In this document: in pieces, positions 45,279-54,813 of the stretch
How positions within the stretch are numbered: position 1 is the stretch's first letter
Layout of the letters: each line of letters opens with the position of its first letter
Assembly: GCA_039804105.1 (NCBI GenBank)
Contig: JBDRZU010000001.1
Span: forward strand, 416,001-480,000
DNA: 64,000 nt
DNA from: a candidate division WOR-3 bacterium
GTDB taxonomy: Bacteria > Hydrothermota > 32-111
Reading direction: 5' to 3'
The notes under the pieces: generated by a model
What the model was told of the DNA's origin: nothing
The model's database searches: none
What the model saw: only the letters and a program-made list of their open reading frames with translations
Program-made: the position numbers and the translations under genes

Positions 45279-48082
45279 AAAAAATTTTTTATATTATTGT
45301 AATTATTTTATTCACAATACCCCTTTTGAGTCAAATTCTTGTTCCAAAAGTTTTCAACGATATGTCAAACACTTTTTTCACTTCCTCTGAACATTTCAAT
45401 TACATATACAAAAAAGAACTTTCAGAAGATATTGAAAAAATAATAAAGATATCTGAAGGTGTTTATGATACATTGAAAAAATTGATGAAAACTGAACCTC
45501 CAAACAAAATAAATCTTCTGATAACAGATCAGTCAGATCTTCCAAATGGGTTTTCAACTCCAATTCTTAATCCAACTGTTAACATCTATCTTGCAAATCC
45601 TGATCCATCATTCATATCAAAACATGAGAATTGGATCGAATATGTGTTGATACATGAATTGACTCATACATTCCATCTGACAAAAACAAAACCAAAAATT
45701 TTGAGTAAAACTTTGAACTCATGTTTATATCTTCCAGCTGTTGCACAGCCGATGTATTTTCTTGAAGGATACACGGTCTATAATGAATCAACCATAAAAT
45801 CAGGTCGATTGAAGGACACAAATTTTGAAGCAATTTTGAGAACATTATATCTGGAAAACAAAAAAGCACCACTTGATCGGGCTGTATCATATTATGATAG
45901 TGAATATCCTTACGGAACATTGCCTTATCTTTATGGTCCCTATATTTTTGAGAAAATTAAAGAAATTTCTGGAAAAGAGATTTACACCATCTCAGATATC
46001 AATTTATGCACCTGTTTACCTATTGAATTTTTATTCCCAGATCTTGTTTTTCTGATAAAAAATTCTTATCTTCCTTCAACTATTTTGGACATAGTGTATA
46101 AAGATGTTGAGAAAAAGACATTTGAAATGATGAAAAATTATGATTTCTATCTAAAAGAAAAACTTATTAACGATGGACTTGAAAAATCGAATCCTGTCTT
46201 CAAAGACAATAAAATTTATTTTATAGAATCCTACTTTAACAAAAGACAGAGAATAATTCTTTATGAAAATGGCAAAAAAATTGAACTTTTTAAAACTTTA
46301 TATACAACAAAATTTCAGATCACAGATGAGTTTATCATTTACGATATGATCGATCTATACGACAATATTTCATATTTCTTTTCAATATATTCCTACAATT
46401 TAAAAACAAAAAAGATAAAAAAATTGCCACACACTTTCAGAGGGTTTTCACCTGAAATTTTTGGAGACACATTATTTTTCATAAGGAACACTCAGAATAA
46501 AAATCTCATAATTTTTTATTCTTTAAAAACAGAAAGTTTACTCGATTCAATCGAATTTCCTGAAAATTACAGGTTGAATTCTTTATCGACAAAAGATGGA
46601 AAATCCCTTCTCTTATCCATTTACAGAGATGGAGGTTTTACAGATATAGTTTTATTTGATCTTGAAAATAAAAAGGAAAAGTTTTTAACATCTGACAGAG
46701 AGACAGATTTTTTGCCCCAGTGGAGCAAAAAATATAACGGCTTTTACTTTATCTCTGATCGAGATGGGTTCAATACTCTCTTTTTCTATGATCTTGATTC
46801 CAATCGAATCTATCCATATTTAAGGTCTATAAATAACATTTCAAATTATTCTATTGATGAAGAAAATGAAAAAGTTTATTTTCAGGATATTACAAAAGAT
46901 GGTGATAACATTTTTTATGCGAAATTAAAAAAACTTGAAGATAAAAAATATGAAATACACTTGAAAGAGTATAAAAATTATATTCCGATAAGCAAAAATT
47001 TTGATTACAGAATTGATCAAAAAAAATATATACTACCAAAATTTTCAGGTCCCGGAACTTATTACTTTTTACCTCTTTTCGTTCCACTTTTTGATGATTC
47101 TTTATCGATGAGTGATATTCTCTTACTTCTGCCATTCTTGAATATAAACGCAGATATATCGCAATCATTATCTTTTTTAACACTTGGAATCTTTTCATAT
47201 ACATACGATCTGAATTCAAATCCATCTGATATTCAATATTACAACTTTTCTCAAATCGTTTTTTCACAATTTAAACATGATATTTTTGTTTCTTTCGATT
47301 TACTCAACGAAGGGAGCAAAACTGGAATTAAAAAATACCTTCCTGATAGTTATTCAATTTCAGCAGGGATATTCTTTGATCGATTAAAGTTCGAACACTC
47401 TATATCTTTCTCACCAGCATTCTCAATTTTGAAGACCGATTCTCTGTATTCAAAAGGTTTATATTTTGATTTTCTGTATTCCAAAACCGAAAGTTCAAGA
47501 AGAAGTATAATACCTTCGTCAGGTTATAGATTTATATCAAACATATTTTTATCTAAATCAAACATTTCAGGTTATGATCATATAAATGATCTCGGGCTTA
47601 ATCTTAAACTTGAATTCTATGGTTCTTCAAACTGGAGAACGACATTTTTTGCTTTCTTCGAAACTTTTTTAACGAACAACTATAATGTAAATGTTTATAA
47701 TCCTTCATCCAATGAAAATCTTTTCTACAAAAATGTCAAACTAAGATACAACTATCTTGATGAAGGTAATTTTGTTTCATTCGCTTCGAAAAATTTGAAC
47801 CTTGTAAAGATAGGACTTTTAAACATTCCTTTGCATATAAACAGAGGTATCCCGATAAAACTATTCGTCTCTTCACCAATAAAATTGTCTTATTTAACAC
47901 TATCACTAACACACACTGAAGGATATTCAATCGATCAAAAGGAAAGGATTTCAGTTTCAAAATTCAATATAAATCTGATCTCTGATCTTTTTGCACTTGG
48001 GACATTCGCACCCGGTATTTTTATTTCTTATGATCATATATACGGAATTCCAAATCTTGGTATCACTCTTTCCCTTTACTGA
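45275..48082 (+). CDS. Large exported protein: HEXXH metallopeptidase-like domain, TolB/PD40-like propeller and beta-rich C-terminus
   Basis: Signal peptide; LIHELTH..FLEG; DFLPQWS..FISDRDG; C-terminal GITLSLY. Confidence 0.7.
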   Translation: MKKIFYIIVIILFTIPLLSQILVPKVFNDMSNTFFTSSEHFNYIYKKELSEDIEKIIKISEGVYDTLKKLMKTEPPNKINLLITDQSDLPNGFSTPILNPTVNIYLANPDPSFISKHENWIEYVLIHELTHTFHLTKTKPKILSKTLNSCLYLPAVAQPMYFLEGYTVYNESTIKSGRLKDTNFEAILRTLYLENKKAPLDRAVSYYDSEYPYGTLPYLYGPYIFEKIKEISGKEIYTISDINLCTCLPIEFLFPDLVFLIKNSYLPSTILDIVYKDVEKKTFEMMKNYDFYLKEKLINDGLEKSNPVFKDNKIYFIESYFNKRQRIILYENGKKIELFKTLYTTKFQITDEFIIYDMIDLYDNISYFFSIYSYNLKTKKIKKLPHTFRGFSPEIFGDTLFFIRNTQNKNLIIFYSLKTESLLDSIEFPENYRLNSLSTKDGKSLLLSIYRDGGFTDIVLFDLENKKEKFLTSDRETDFLPQWSKKYNGFYFISDRDGFNTLFFYDLDSNRIYPYLRSINNISNYSIDEENEKVYFQDITKDGDNIFYAKLKKLEDKKYEIHLKEYKNYIPISKNFDYRIDQKKYILPKFSGPGTYYFLPLFVPLFDDSLSMSDILLLLPFLNINADISQSLSFLTLGIFSYTYDLNSNPSDIQYYNFSQIVFSQFKHDIFVSFDLLNEGSKTGIKKYLPDSYSISAGIFFDRLKFEHSISFSPAFSILKTDSLYSKGLYFDFLYSKTESSRRSIIPSSGYRFISNIFLSKSNISGYDHINDLGLNLKLEFYGSSNWRTTFFAFFETFLTNNYNVNVYNPSSNENLFYKNVKLRYNYLDEGNFVSFASKNLNLVKIGLLNIPLHINRGIPIKLFVSSPIKLSYLTLSLTHTEGYSIDQKERISVSKFNINLISDLFALGTFAPGIFISYDHIYGIPNLGITLSLY

Positions 48083-48125
48083 AATTTGTTGACTTTAAAA
48101 TCGATTCAGTTAACATATTAAAGTT

Positions 48126-49331
48126 ATGGAAGAGAAAAAATGTAAAAAAAATTTTCCTTTAGGTGTTATAAATGGTATTCTGATGAACCTTGTTGATACA
48201 ATAACAGGTTCTTCAACAGTGCTTCCATTATATTTGAGTCATCTTACAAAGTCATCGATCGTGATTGGATTCGGTTCATCATTATATAACTTCTTATGGC
48301 CTATGCCACAACTCTTCACAGCATTTTTTCTTGAAGGTAAAAAAAGAAAAAAATTTGTTTATGACATAACCGCATATATCAGATTTCTTTCAATACTTTT
48401 AATGGCAATTTTAATTTTCATAAATCCGAAGAATATTTTACTGTTGTTTATATTTTCTATGTTTATTTACCACATATCTGGTGGAATAGCAGGGCTTCCA
48501 TTTATGGATATAGTAGCAAAAACAATAAGTCCTAAAAAGCAACATCTTTTCTGGGGATTAAGGATCGCTATCGGTGGTTTTCTATCAATACTTGGTGGTT
48601 TTTTAGTAAAATTTGTGCTTGCTAAATACAATTATCCAGTTAATTTTTCAATACTATTTTTTATCGCATCAATATTCGTTGGAGTAGGGTTATATTCTTT
48701 CTGTCTTGTTTATGAACCAGAAGAACCCGAAAGAGAAAGGGAGAAAAATTTTTTCAAATTTTTAAAAACCGGTTTTCTAACGATTTTAAATGATAAAAGA
48801 TTCACAACTCTATTCTCACTAAGAATACTCGCTGGAATATCTCTCGCTCTTGAACCATTCTTTATGATCTATGTTATAAAAGTTTTGAAAATGAGAGTTG
48901 AACTTTCTGGAATTTTAATCTCATTAAGGATGGGTGGACTTTTGATATCAAACTTTTTATGGGACTACATACAGAAGAAAAAATCGTTAAAACATCTTTT
49001 CGTAATAAGTTCGATAACCGGAATGATTATTCCCATTTTGGCATATTTATCAATTAAAAATCACTTATTAATATTCATTCTATTTTTCGTTAACGGAATC
49101 TTTTATTCAGGCATACAGGTAGCAAGCCCATCGTTACTCTTAACAATATCCCCTTCTGAAAAAAGATCAACATACATTGGATTCTACAATACACTTCTTT
49201 CACCAATTTATCTTTTCCCTGTTATAAATGGAATCATTATCGATAAAATTTCCTTTAACTTCGCTTTCCTTGTTTCTTTTATCGTTTCCTTCGTCTCTTT
49301 ATTTTTATCTTTAAAGTTAAGAAAACTATAG
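48126..49331 (+). CDS. MFS transporter
   Basis: About 12 TMs, FMDIVAKTI, SPSEKRSTYIG. Confidence 0.88.
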   Translation: MEEKKCKKNFPLGVINGILMNLVDTITGSSTVLPLYLSHLTKSSIVIGFGSSLYNFLWPMPQLFTAFFLEGKKRKKFVYDITAYIRFLSILLMAILIFINPKNILLLFIFSMFIYHISGGIAGLPFMDIVAKTISPKKQHLFWGLRIAIGGFLSILGGFLVKFVLAKYNYPVNFSILFFIASIFVGVGLYSFCLVYEPEEPEREREKNFFKFLKTGFLTILNDKRFTTLFSLRILAGISLALEPFFMIYVIKVLKMRVELSGILISLRMGGLLISNFLWDYIQKKKSLKHLFVISSITGMIIPILAYLSIKNHLLIFILFFVNGIFYSGIQVASPSLLLTISPSEKRSTYIGFYNTLLSPIYLFPVINGIIIDKISFNFAFLVSFIVSFVSLFLSLKLRKL

Positions 49332-49334
49332 AAA

Positions 49335-52300
49335 TTACTTTATCAGAAAAATCTTTTTTGTTAAAACTTTATCCTTGTTTTCAACTCTTACAAAATAAAT
49401 CCCTGAGGGCTTTTCAAATTTTAAAGTTTTGATACCTTTTTTCACCTCTCTATAAAAAATGAGCTTTCCTGTGATATCATAAACTTTAAGATTGATCTTA
49501 TCAAAATCACCATCGATGAAAAAAGAACCGGTTCGATAAGAAAGCAATATATTATCCTGATTTGGATTTCTTACAAACTTCTCTCCCGAAAAATTGATTT
49601 TTTCACCCGGGAGTGTTATATCATCAATATAAACACCTTTATATTGCACAGGATCATTTTCAGAATAGAAAGAAAATTGAATTATCGATTTTTTGTTCTG
49701 CAAATTCTTGAAGTCAGAAGCATTGAAAATATAGTTTTTAAAATAATCTGTTCTTTGGGAAAGTGTTATCAAAGGCATTTCAAAAGAATCTGATACAAGT
49801 TTTACAACAAGATAATCCATTCCAGGTTCAATATCAACGAACGAAGAGAAACCAAAAATATAGTTTGTATCGAACACAAAAGAATCAGAATAAAAAGTTG
49901 TGATATAATTTGCAGGATATGTTTCGAGAGTTTTATATCCTGAAAAGATTGAATATGACCCAATGTTGCTTCTTCTATCTGTTATATGGAAAAATGCTGT
50001 TGAAGAATCGACTCTGATTGAAGAAGGGTTTTCGAAACTCTCGTATGAATTGTTATCGTTAATGTGAAGTTTGTATGTTAATACTTTTGTTTCAACAGCG
50101 GAAGTAAAATCAAGTTCCAATGTTTCAGTCTGTTGAGTGTTAATAAGTGCGAAACTATCAGAAAAAATATTTTTACCTTTTAGTATCTGAAAGTTCTTTG
50201 CCTTAATACTTAAACCAAGTGTTTCAGTTGTAAAACTGTTCACATAGACATTATATTTTACGATTTCCCCAGAAATATAATGTTGTTTTTCAGGTATAAA
50301 CTTTACTTTCAGATTCTCAGAGATATTCCTTCCATACTCGACATACAAAGTGTCATTTTCAAGCACTACTCCAATCAAGCTTGAATTTTTTAGCATCTGT
50401 TCTGTTATAAATCTGAAAGTGATAATCGTATCACTAAGAAAGGTAAAACTTGTATCATTATCTATAAAATTTAAAGTGTCAGTATTAGAAAAAGTTTCAA
50501 CATAAAAAAGATCACTTGAATCACCTGTTAAATAAAGATTTAATAGAAAAGTATCGTTGATCTTTTGAAAAGTATAATCTTTCAGAAAAAGGGACTTTGA
50601 ATAAAAATCTTCTAAAATTATCGTTGTATCAAGAAGCGTCTCATCATTATTATTCACATACAAAAATATTGAATCTGAGTTATCAAGTTTTACAGATAAA
50701 ATATTTTTCTCTTTGTAAATGAAAGTATCAACTGAAAAGGTTTGTCCAACGATCGATACGAAACAACTATCTTGTGTTTGAACTGAAAGGTTCAGATAAC
50801 CACCTTTGTAAATAGGTTTAACAAATCGAATTGTGCTCTGCTGTTTATTTGTTTTCAGGTTAAGCAAAGGATCCCCAAAGTAGTTCAAAGTGTAAAACTG
50901 CCATCTCCAATCGTTTTTCAATCTGATCTCATCGATAAAATTCAAAGATGTTTCATTCAAGGATAAAGAAGGATTATTGTAGTTGTTCAAAATGTTTTTG
51001 AAAAAGGTATAGTTTAAAATATCCCCTGTTCCAAATCCCGCGAAATAAGGTGTATACCACCCATACCTTGAATTACCTATATAATAACCACCACCGTTGG
51101 GAGAGAGTATAAAATGCTCTGCAACACAATCGTAATCATAAGCAGCTGAAAGACATGATAGAGAATACATCAAAACAGGGTTTGTATTTTTCAAAGTATC
51201 AAAATTACTTCTTGATGTATAATCGATGCCAGTTTGAATTACTGAATAGTTGCCGTGTCCATCATGAGATATTAAATATGGACTCTTGTTGATATTTTCA
51301 ATGAATGAAAAAGAAGAAAGATTGTTTGAACTTTCATAAAGTTTAATCGTAGGATTTTTGATAGGAATGTTCTTTATCATATTTTCAATATTCTGACTTC
51401 CATCAGTGTTCGGATCAAGAAACGAAGCAGCAAAAAGGATTGTATCGTTAATGAGATTCTCAAACTTTATAACTTTCTGGATAAAATTGGCAATATCAGA
51501 ACTTGTTTTCACTGGAACTCTTCCGATAAGGATATCTGGTGCTAAGTCAATCGAATCCCCATTATCAAAGAGTGTATCGTTAACAAAGTTTGGGTAACCA
51601 TCAAGACATGAGAAAAATTTGTCTGTTGGTATCGTTTGATCTGAAGCAGAAAGTTGTGGAGTTATAATGAGTTGAACATAAAAAGGTGGAATCACATCAA
51701 CATCTCCACCGAGTAGAACACCAGTCAAACTACCTGTTTCATAAGAAGTTTTAATAAATTCTCTAATCGCTTCACCTTTTGTTTTTGCTGGATACAAAGA
51801 AAAGATTTCGGAAACACCAACTATATTTACATTGTATTCCTTTTTTAAATTCACATAGTCAGTCCAATATGATTTCAAACTATCAGCAGTGATTATCAAA
51901 AACTCATTTTTACTTTTGGTGGTTGTTTTGTTTAAACCAACTGTTTTAAAAAATATAACAAGTTTACCTTTTCTTCTGAAAATTTTTCCATTTTCATAAT
52001 AAAAGTTGTTGACATAGCCCGAAACAAAAACTTTATCGTTTGATTTTGATTTGAAAATTCTGTATGTTTCTTCAGGAAAAACATTTTTAACAAGTTTTAG
52101 AGAAGACCTTTTCGATGGAGAAAATATTTTCGGTAAAGGATTTTCACCTGCGATCAAAGTGAAATCTTTTAATGTATCTATACTTTCAACCAAAAAATAT
52201 GAACTATCTATCAAGATATCATTTTCAAACTGGATAAAAATCTTGTATGATGGAATAACAGGATACGATTCTTTGATATGATAAAAATATTTAGAGTCAA

Positions 52301-52412
52301 AACCTTTTACAATTTCATTGAAATCATTATTATCGTTGATATCAATAACAAACTGCTCTGAACAAATAACAATTGAAACAAAAAGGATAAGAAAAAACAT
52401 AAAATTTTTCAT
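49335..52412 (-). CDS. C25 (gingipain-family) cysteine peptidase with T9SS-type C-terminal domain
   Basis: VLLGGDVDVIP, IGRVPV, catalytic GHG and SC, YFGDP; C-terminal VYDITGK..SGIYFVRV..KKIFLIK; GGAGG SD before ATG 52412. Confidence 0.9.
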   Translation of the reverse strand: MKNFMFFLILFVSIVICSEQFVIDINDNNDFNEIVKGFDSKYFYHIKESYPVIPSYKIFIQFENDILIDSSYFLVESIDTLKDFTLIAGENPLPKIFSPSKRSSLKLVKNVFPEETYRIFKSKSNDKVFVSGYVNNFYYENGKIFRRKGKLVIFFKTVGLNKTTTKSKNEFLIITADSLKSYWTDYVNLKKEYNVNIVGVSEIFSLYPAKTKGEAIREFIKTSYETGSLTGVLLGGDVDVIPPFYVQLIITPQLSASDQTIPTDKFFSCLDGYPNFVNDTLFDNGDSIDLAPDILIGRVPVKTSSDIANFIQKVIKFENLINDTILFAASFLDPNTDGSQNIENMIKNIPIKNPTIKLYESSNNLSSFSFIENINKSPYLISHDGHGNYSVIQTGIDYTSRSNFDTLKNTNPVLMYSLSCLSAAYDYDCVAEHFILSPNGGGYYIGNSRYGWYTPYFAGFGTGDILNYTFFKNILNNYNNPSLSLNETSLNFIDEIRLKNDWRWQFYTLNYFGDPLLNLKTNKQQSTIRFVKPIYKGGYLNLSVQTQDSCFVSIVGQTFSVDTFIYKEKNILSVKLDNSDSIFLYVNNNDETLLDTTIILEDFYSKSLFLKDYTFQKINDTFLLNLYLTGDSSDLFYVETFSNTDTLNFIDNDTSFTFLSDTIITFRFITEQMLKNSSLIGVVLENDTLYVEYGRNISENLKVKFIPEKQHYISGEIVKYNVYVNSFTTETLGLSIKAKNFQILKGKNIFSDSFALINTQQTETLELDFTSAVETKVLTYKLHINDNNSYESFENPSSIRVDSSTAFFHITDRRSNIGSYSIFSGYKTLETYPANYITTFYSDSFVFDTNYIFGFSSFVDIEPGMDYLVVKLVSDSFEMPLITLSQRTDYFKNYIFNASDFKNLQNKKSIIQFSFYSENDPVQYKGVYIDDITLPGEKINFSGEKFVRNPNQDNILLSYRTGSFFIDGDFDKINLKVYDITGKLIFYREVKKGIKTLKFEKPSGIYFVRVENKDKVLTKKIFLIK

Positions 52413-52460
52413 AACACCTCCAAAAAAGATGATAAAACTTTTTATAAGAAAAATCAACAA

Positions 52461-52487
52461 AATAAAACCGGGGTTGTCGCCCCGGTT
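52461..52487 (-). terminator. Intrinsic terminator after the anti-sigma gene
   Basis: AACCGGGG-CGACAA-CCCCGGTT followed by TTATTTT on the minus strand. Confidence 0.8.
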
Positions 52488-52522
52488 GGGAGAGTAATTG
52501 AGTGTAGTTAGGGAGGGATGAA

Positions 52523-52963
52523 CTATTTAGTTATATAGTTAACACTTTTTGAGATATTCGAATAGTCCTCTGAAAGAAAACTTGAAAATGACTGTTCAAC
52601 AACAGATTTTTTTTCAGCAACCTTATACTTTTTTTCAATACTTTTTCTACCTGTCAAAAGAGTTATAGAAAAACTCATTACAAAAATCATAACAAGTACA
52701 AAAGCAAAAGATAGTGAAAATTTAAAAGAATTTTTTTGATTTGAAAATGTATTGACCTTTTTTTCAACAAAATCTCCATAAAGGTCTGGGAAAATTTCTA
52801 AATCAACTCCCTTAACAAGTTTATTAACTTTTAAATATTGTTCATAAATTTTTCTGCACAAATCACATGAACTCAAATGTTTTTTTATCTCTTCAAACTT
52901 CCTTTCATCCTCTATTTCGTTATCAATAAATTTCGATATTAAAATTTTATCAGGATGTTTCAT
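52523..52963 (-). CDS. zf-HC2 anti-sigma factor
   Basis: HLSSCDLC (HxxxCxxC), one TM helix, downstream of the ECF sigma. Confidence 0.88.
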   Translation of the reverse strand: MKHPDKILISKFIDNEIEDERKFEEIKKHLSSCDLCRKIYEQYLKVNKLVKGVDLEIFPDLYGDFVEKKVNTFSNQKNSFKFSLSFAFVLVMIFVMSFSITLLTGRKSIEKKYKVAEKKSVVEQSFSSFLSEDYSNISKSVNYITK

Positions 52964-52970
52964 AAAAACC

Positions 52971-53522
52971 TCACACTTTACTTTCTTTTTCGAGTTTTTC
53001 TCTAAGGTTCTCTCTTGCCCTGTAAACAAGAGACTCAACCGCTTTTTCAGAAACATTCAAAATTTCAGCAATTTCTTTGTATTTTTTTCCTTCCCTCTGG
53101 GAAAGGATAAATGCAATTCTCTGGTTTTCAGGTAATTCAAAAAGCAACCTTTCAGCAAGTTTTTTATCATATTCGTTTTTTTCTTCATCATAATTTTCAA
53201 TTTCACTTTCATTTATCTGGTCAAACGATACAAGATTTTTTTCCTTTTTGTTTTTTCTTAAAAAAGATATCGCATGATTTACACTGATTCTGTAAATCCA
53301 TGTTGAGAATTTTGATCTTTTCTTAAAATCTTTTAAACTCGTATAAACTTTCAAAAATATATCCTGAGTTATATCTCTCGAATCCTCATAATCTTTTGTG
53401 TATGAAAAAACAAGCATAAAAACCTTCTGTGAATATCTTTCAAAAAGAATCTTAAAAGAACTCTCATCACCTTTTAGAAATTCATCTACCAATTGTTCAT
53501 CTGATAAATTTACTTTATCCAT
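52971..53522 (-). CDS. ECF RNA polymerase sigma factor
   Basis: DITQDIFLKVY, FSTWIYRISVN, LPENQR, YKEIAEIL..VESLVYRAR. Confidence 0.95.
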   Translation of the reverse strand: MDKVNLSDEQLVDEFLKGDESSFKILFERYSQKVFMLVFSYTKDYEDSRDITQDIFLKVYTSLKDFKKRSKFSTWIYRISVNHAISFLRKNKKEKNLVSFDQINESEIENYDEEKNEYDKKLAERLLFELPENQRIAFILSQREGKKYKEIAEILNVSEKAVESLVYRARENLREKLEKESKV

Positions 53523-53556
53523 AAAAAATTGTGTGGGGATTTTAAAAATCCCCACA
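53523..53556 (-). terminator. Terminator-like hairpin immediately before the ECF sigma start
   Basis: TGTGGGGATTT/AAATCCCCACA stem followed by CAATTTTTT-ATG. Confidence 0.55.
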
Positions 53557-53568
53557 TCTTTTTATAGT

Positions 53569-54111
53569 TTAATCCTCTTCGTCCTCATTATCATCACCTA
53601 AAAAAGGACAATCACCATTAAATCCCATTCCTCTATTTTTACCAAAACCATCTTTGTAGTTCATTCCAAATCCCCAGCCCCTATTGAAACCAAAATGTTT
53701 ATCGAACAATTTTTTCTGTTCATCAGTTAAAAGTGAACGAATTTTAAAGTGGTTGGTGATTCTTGACTTTTCAATATCAAGTTTAATTTTACCAATTTCT
53801 TCAACGATTTTCAACGCTTTTTTCTCATCAGGGCTTTTTCTCATAAGTTCATTCAATTCAAAATTCTTCAAAGCGAGTTTGTATCTAAGTTCAATCAAAT
53901 TCTTGTGCTGTTCTGCCCTGAGATCATCAATCTTATCCTTCTGATCATCTGTTAGATTCAAAAATCCAAGATCATCAGCAAAAATTTTTACTTCTTTCTG
54001 CTTTACAATCTGAAAATCTTTGTTTTTAATCTTCATCCCCTGTGAATATGATGGGATAAACAGCATTGCTATAAAAAGTGCAACGAGTGTTACTGTGAGA
54101 AATTTTTTCAT
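53569..54111 (-). CDS. Spy/CpxP family periplasmic protein
   Basis: Signal peptide; LNLTDDQ and LLTDEQ (two LTxxQ motifs). Confidence 0.88.
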   Translation of the reverse strand: MKKFLTVTLVALFIAMLFIPSYSQGMKIKNKDFQIVKQKEVKIFADDLGFLNLTDDQKDKIDDLRAEQHKNLIELRYKLALKNFELNELMRKSPDEKKALKIVEEIGKIKLDIEKSRITNHFKIRSLLTDEQKKLFDKHFGFNRGWGFGMNYKDGFGKNRGMGFNGDCPFLGDDNEDEED

Positions 54112-54123
54112 TTTTCCTCCTTT

Positions 54124-54579
54124 TTATTTGATTATTCTTCTTTTCATTATCATTCTTTTTGGCATTCCCCTATTTTTAAAGAACTCTTCGAGAAACTCTT
54201 TTTCTTCTTCACTCAGATCACCTTTGAATTTTACTATAGAAAACACTAAATTCTTATCTATCATATATCTTGTTTTTGCCTGTTCCCTTAAAAATGAATC
54301 AAGTAAAGATGTATCAGGTTTATCCTTTTTGATAATCTCAATTATCTGCTCTTTTGTATCGTCAAGTTTTTCAAAATATGGCTCATTCAACTCTCTGACA
54401 TCATCCATAATATTTCTTAAATTTTCAAAAGCAGGAAACCTGTTTTTGAAATCTCTTTCATGAAATGGGAAATCGTTAACATCAGGTTTATTTACTAATA
54501 AAAAAATGTAAACACCTAAAAGCCCAATGTTTATTCCGACAGAAATTGCAAGAACGATGTATAGAATCTTTTCTTTCAT
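54124..54579 (-). CDS. Membrane-anchored periplasmic heavy-metal-sensor/Spy-like protein
   Basis: N-terminal TM (SVGINIGLLG), helical body, LSEEEK; AAGGAG SD before ATG 54579. Confidence 0.7.
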   Translation of the reverse strand: MKEKILYIVLAISVGINIGLLGVYIFLLVNKPDVNDFPFHERDFKNRFPAFENLRNIMDDVRELNEPYFEKLDDTKEQIIEIIKKDKPDTSLLDSFLREQAKTRYMIDKNLVFSIVKFKGDLSEEEKEFLEEFFKNRGMPKRMIMKRRIIK

Positions 54580-54664
54580 TTTTTCTCCTTTTTGTCTTTT
54601 TGACGCAAAAATTTTCAAAATCCCTCGCCTGGTAGCTGGACCAATTTATCGTTTTTCTATCTTG

Positions 54665-54768
54665 GTAGCCGCAATCTTTAGATTGCGCAATATTTCGCAG
54701 GCTAAAGCCTGCGCCTACTTTAGTTTGCGATATACCGTTTTTATCGGTAGCCATACCCTTTAGGGTGC
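54665..54768. repeat. Cluster of three GTAG-type REP hairpins, including an inverted (REPIN-like) pair
   Basis: GTAG-C-CGCAATC-TTTA-GATTGCG (54665-54687, +); GTAG-G-CGCAGGC-TTTA-GCCTGCG (54696-54718, -); GTAG-CCA-TACCC-TTTA-GGGTG (54747-54767, +). Confidence 0.8.
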
Positions 54769-54777
54769 ACTATACTT

Positions 54778-54813
54778 AAAAAAATGTCAAAAAGTCAAGC
54801 ACCGTCCCTGAAG
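54778..54813 (-). repeat. ~33-bp dispersed motif, copy B
   Basis: AAAAATGTCAAAAAGTCAAGCACCGTCCCTGAAGA; one mismatch to copy C over 35 bp. Confidence 0.9.

Noticed and set aside
18462..49335. Convergent genes that overlap or abut without terminators (18462/18472, 33250/33256, 43063/43064, 49331/49335)
   Set aside because: Common in compact AT-rich genomes, with no specific signal of antisense regulation.
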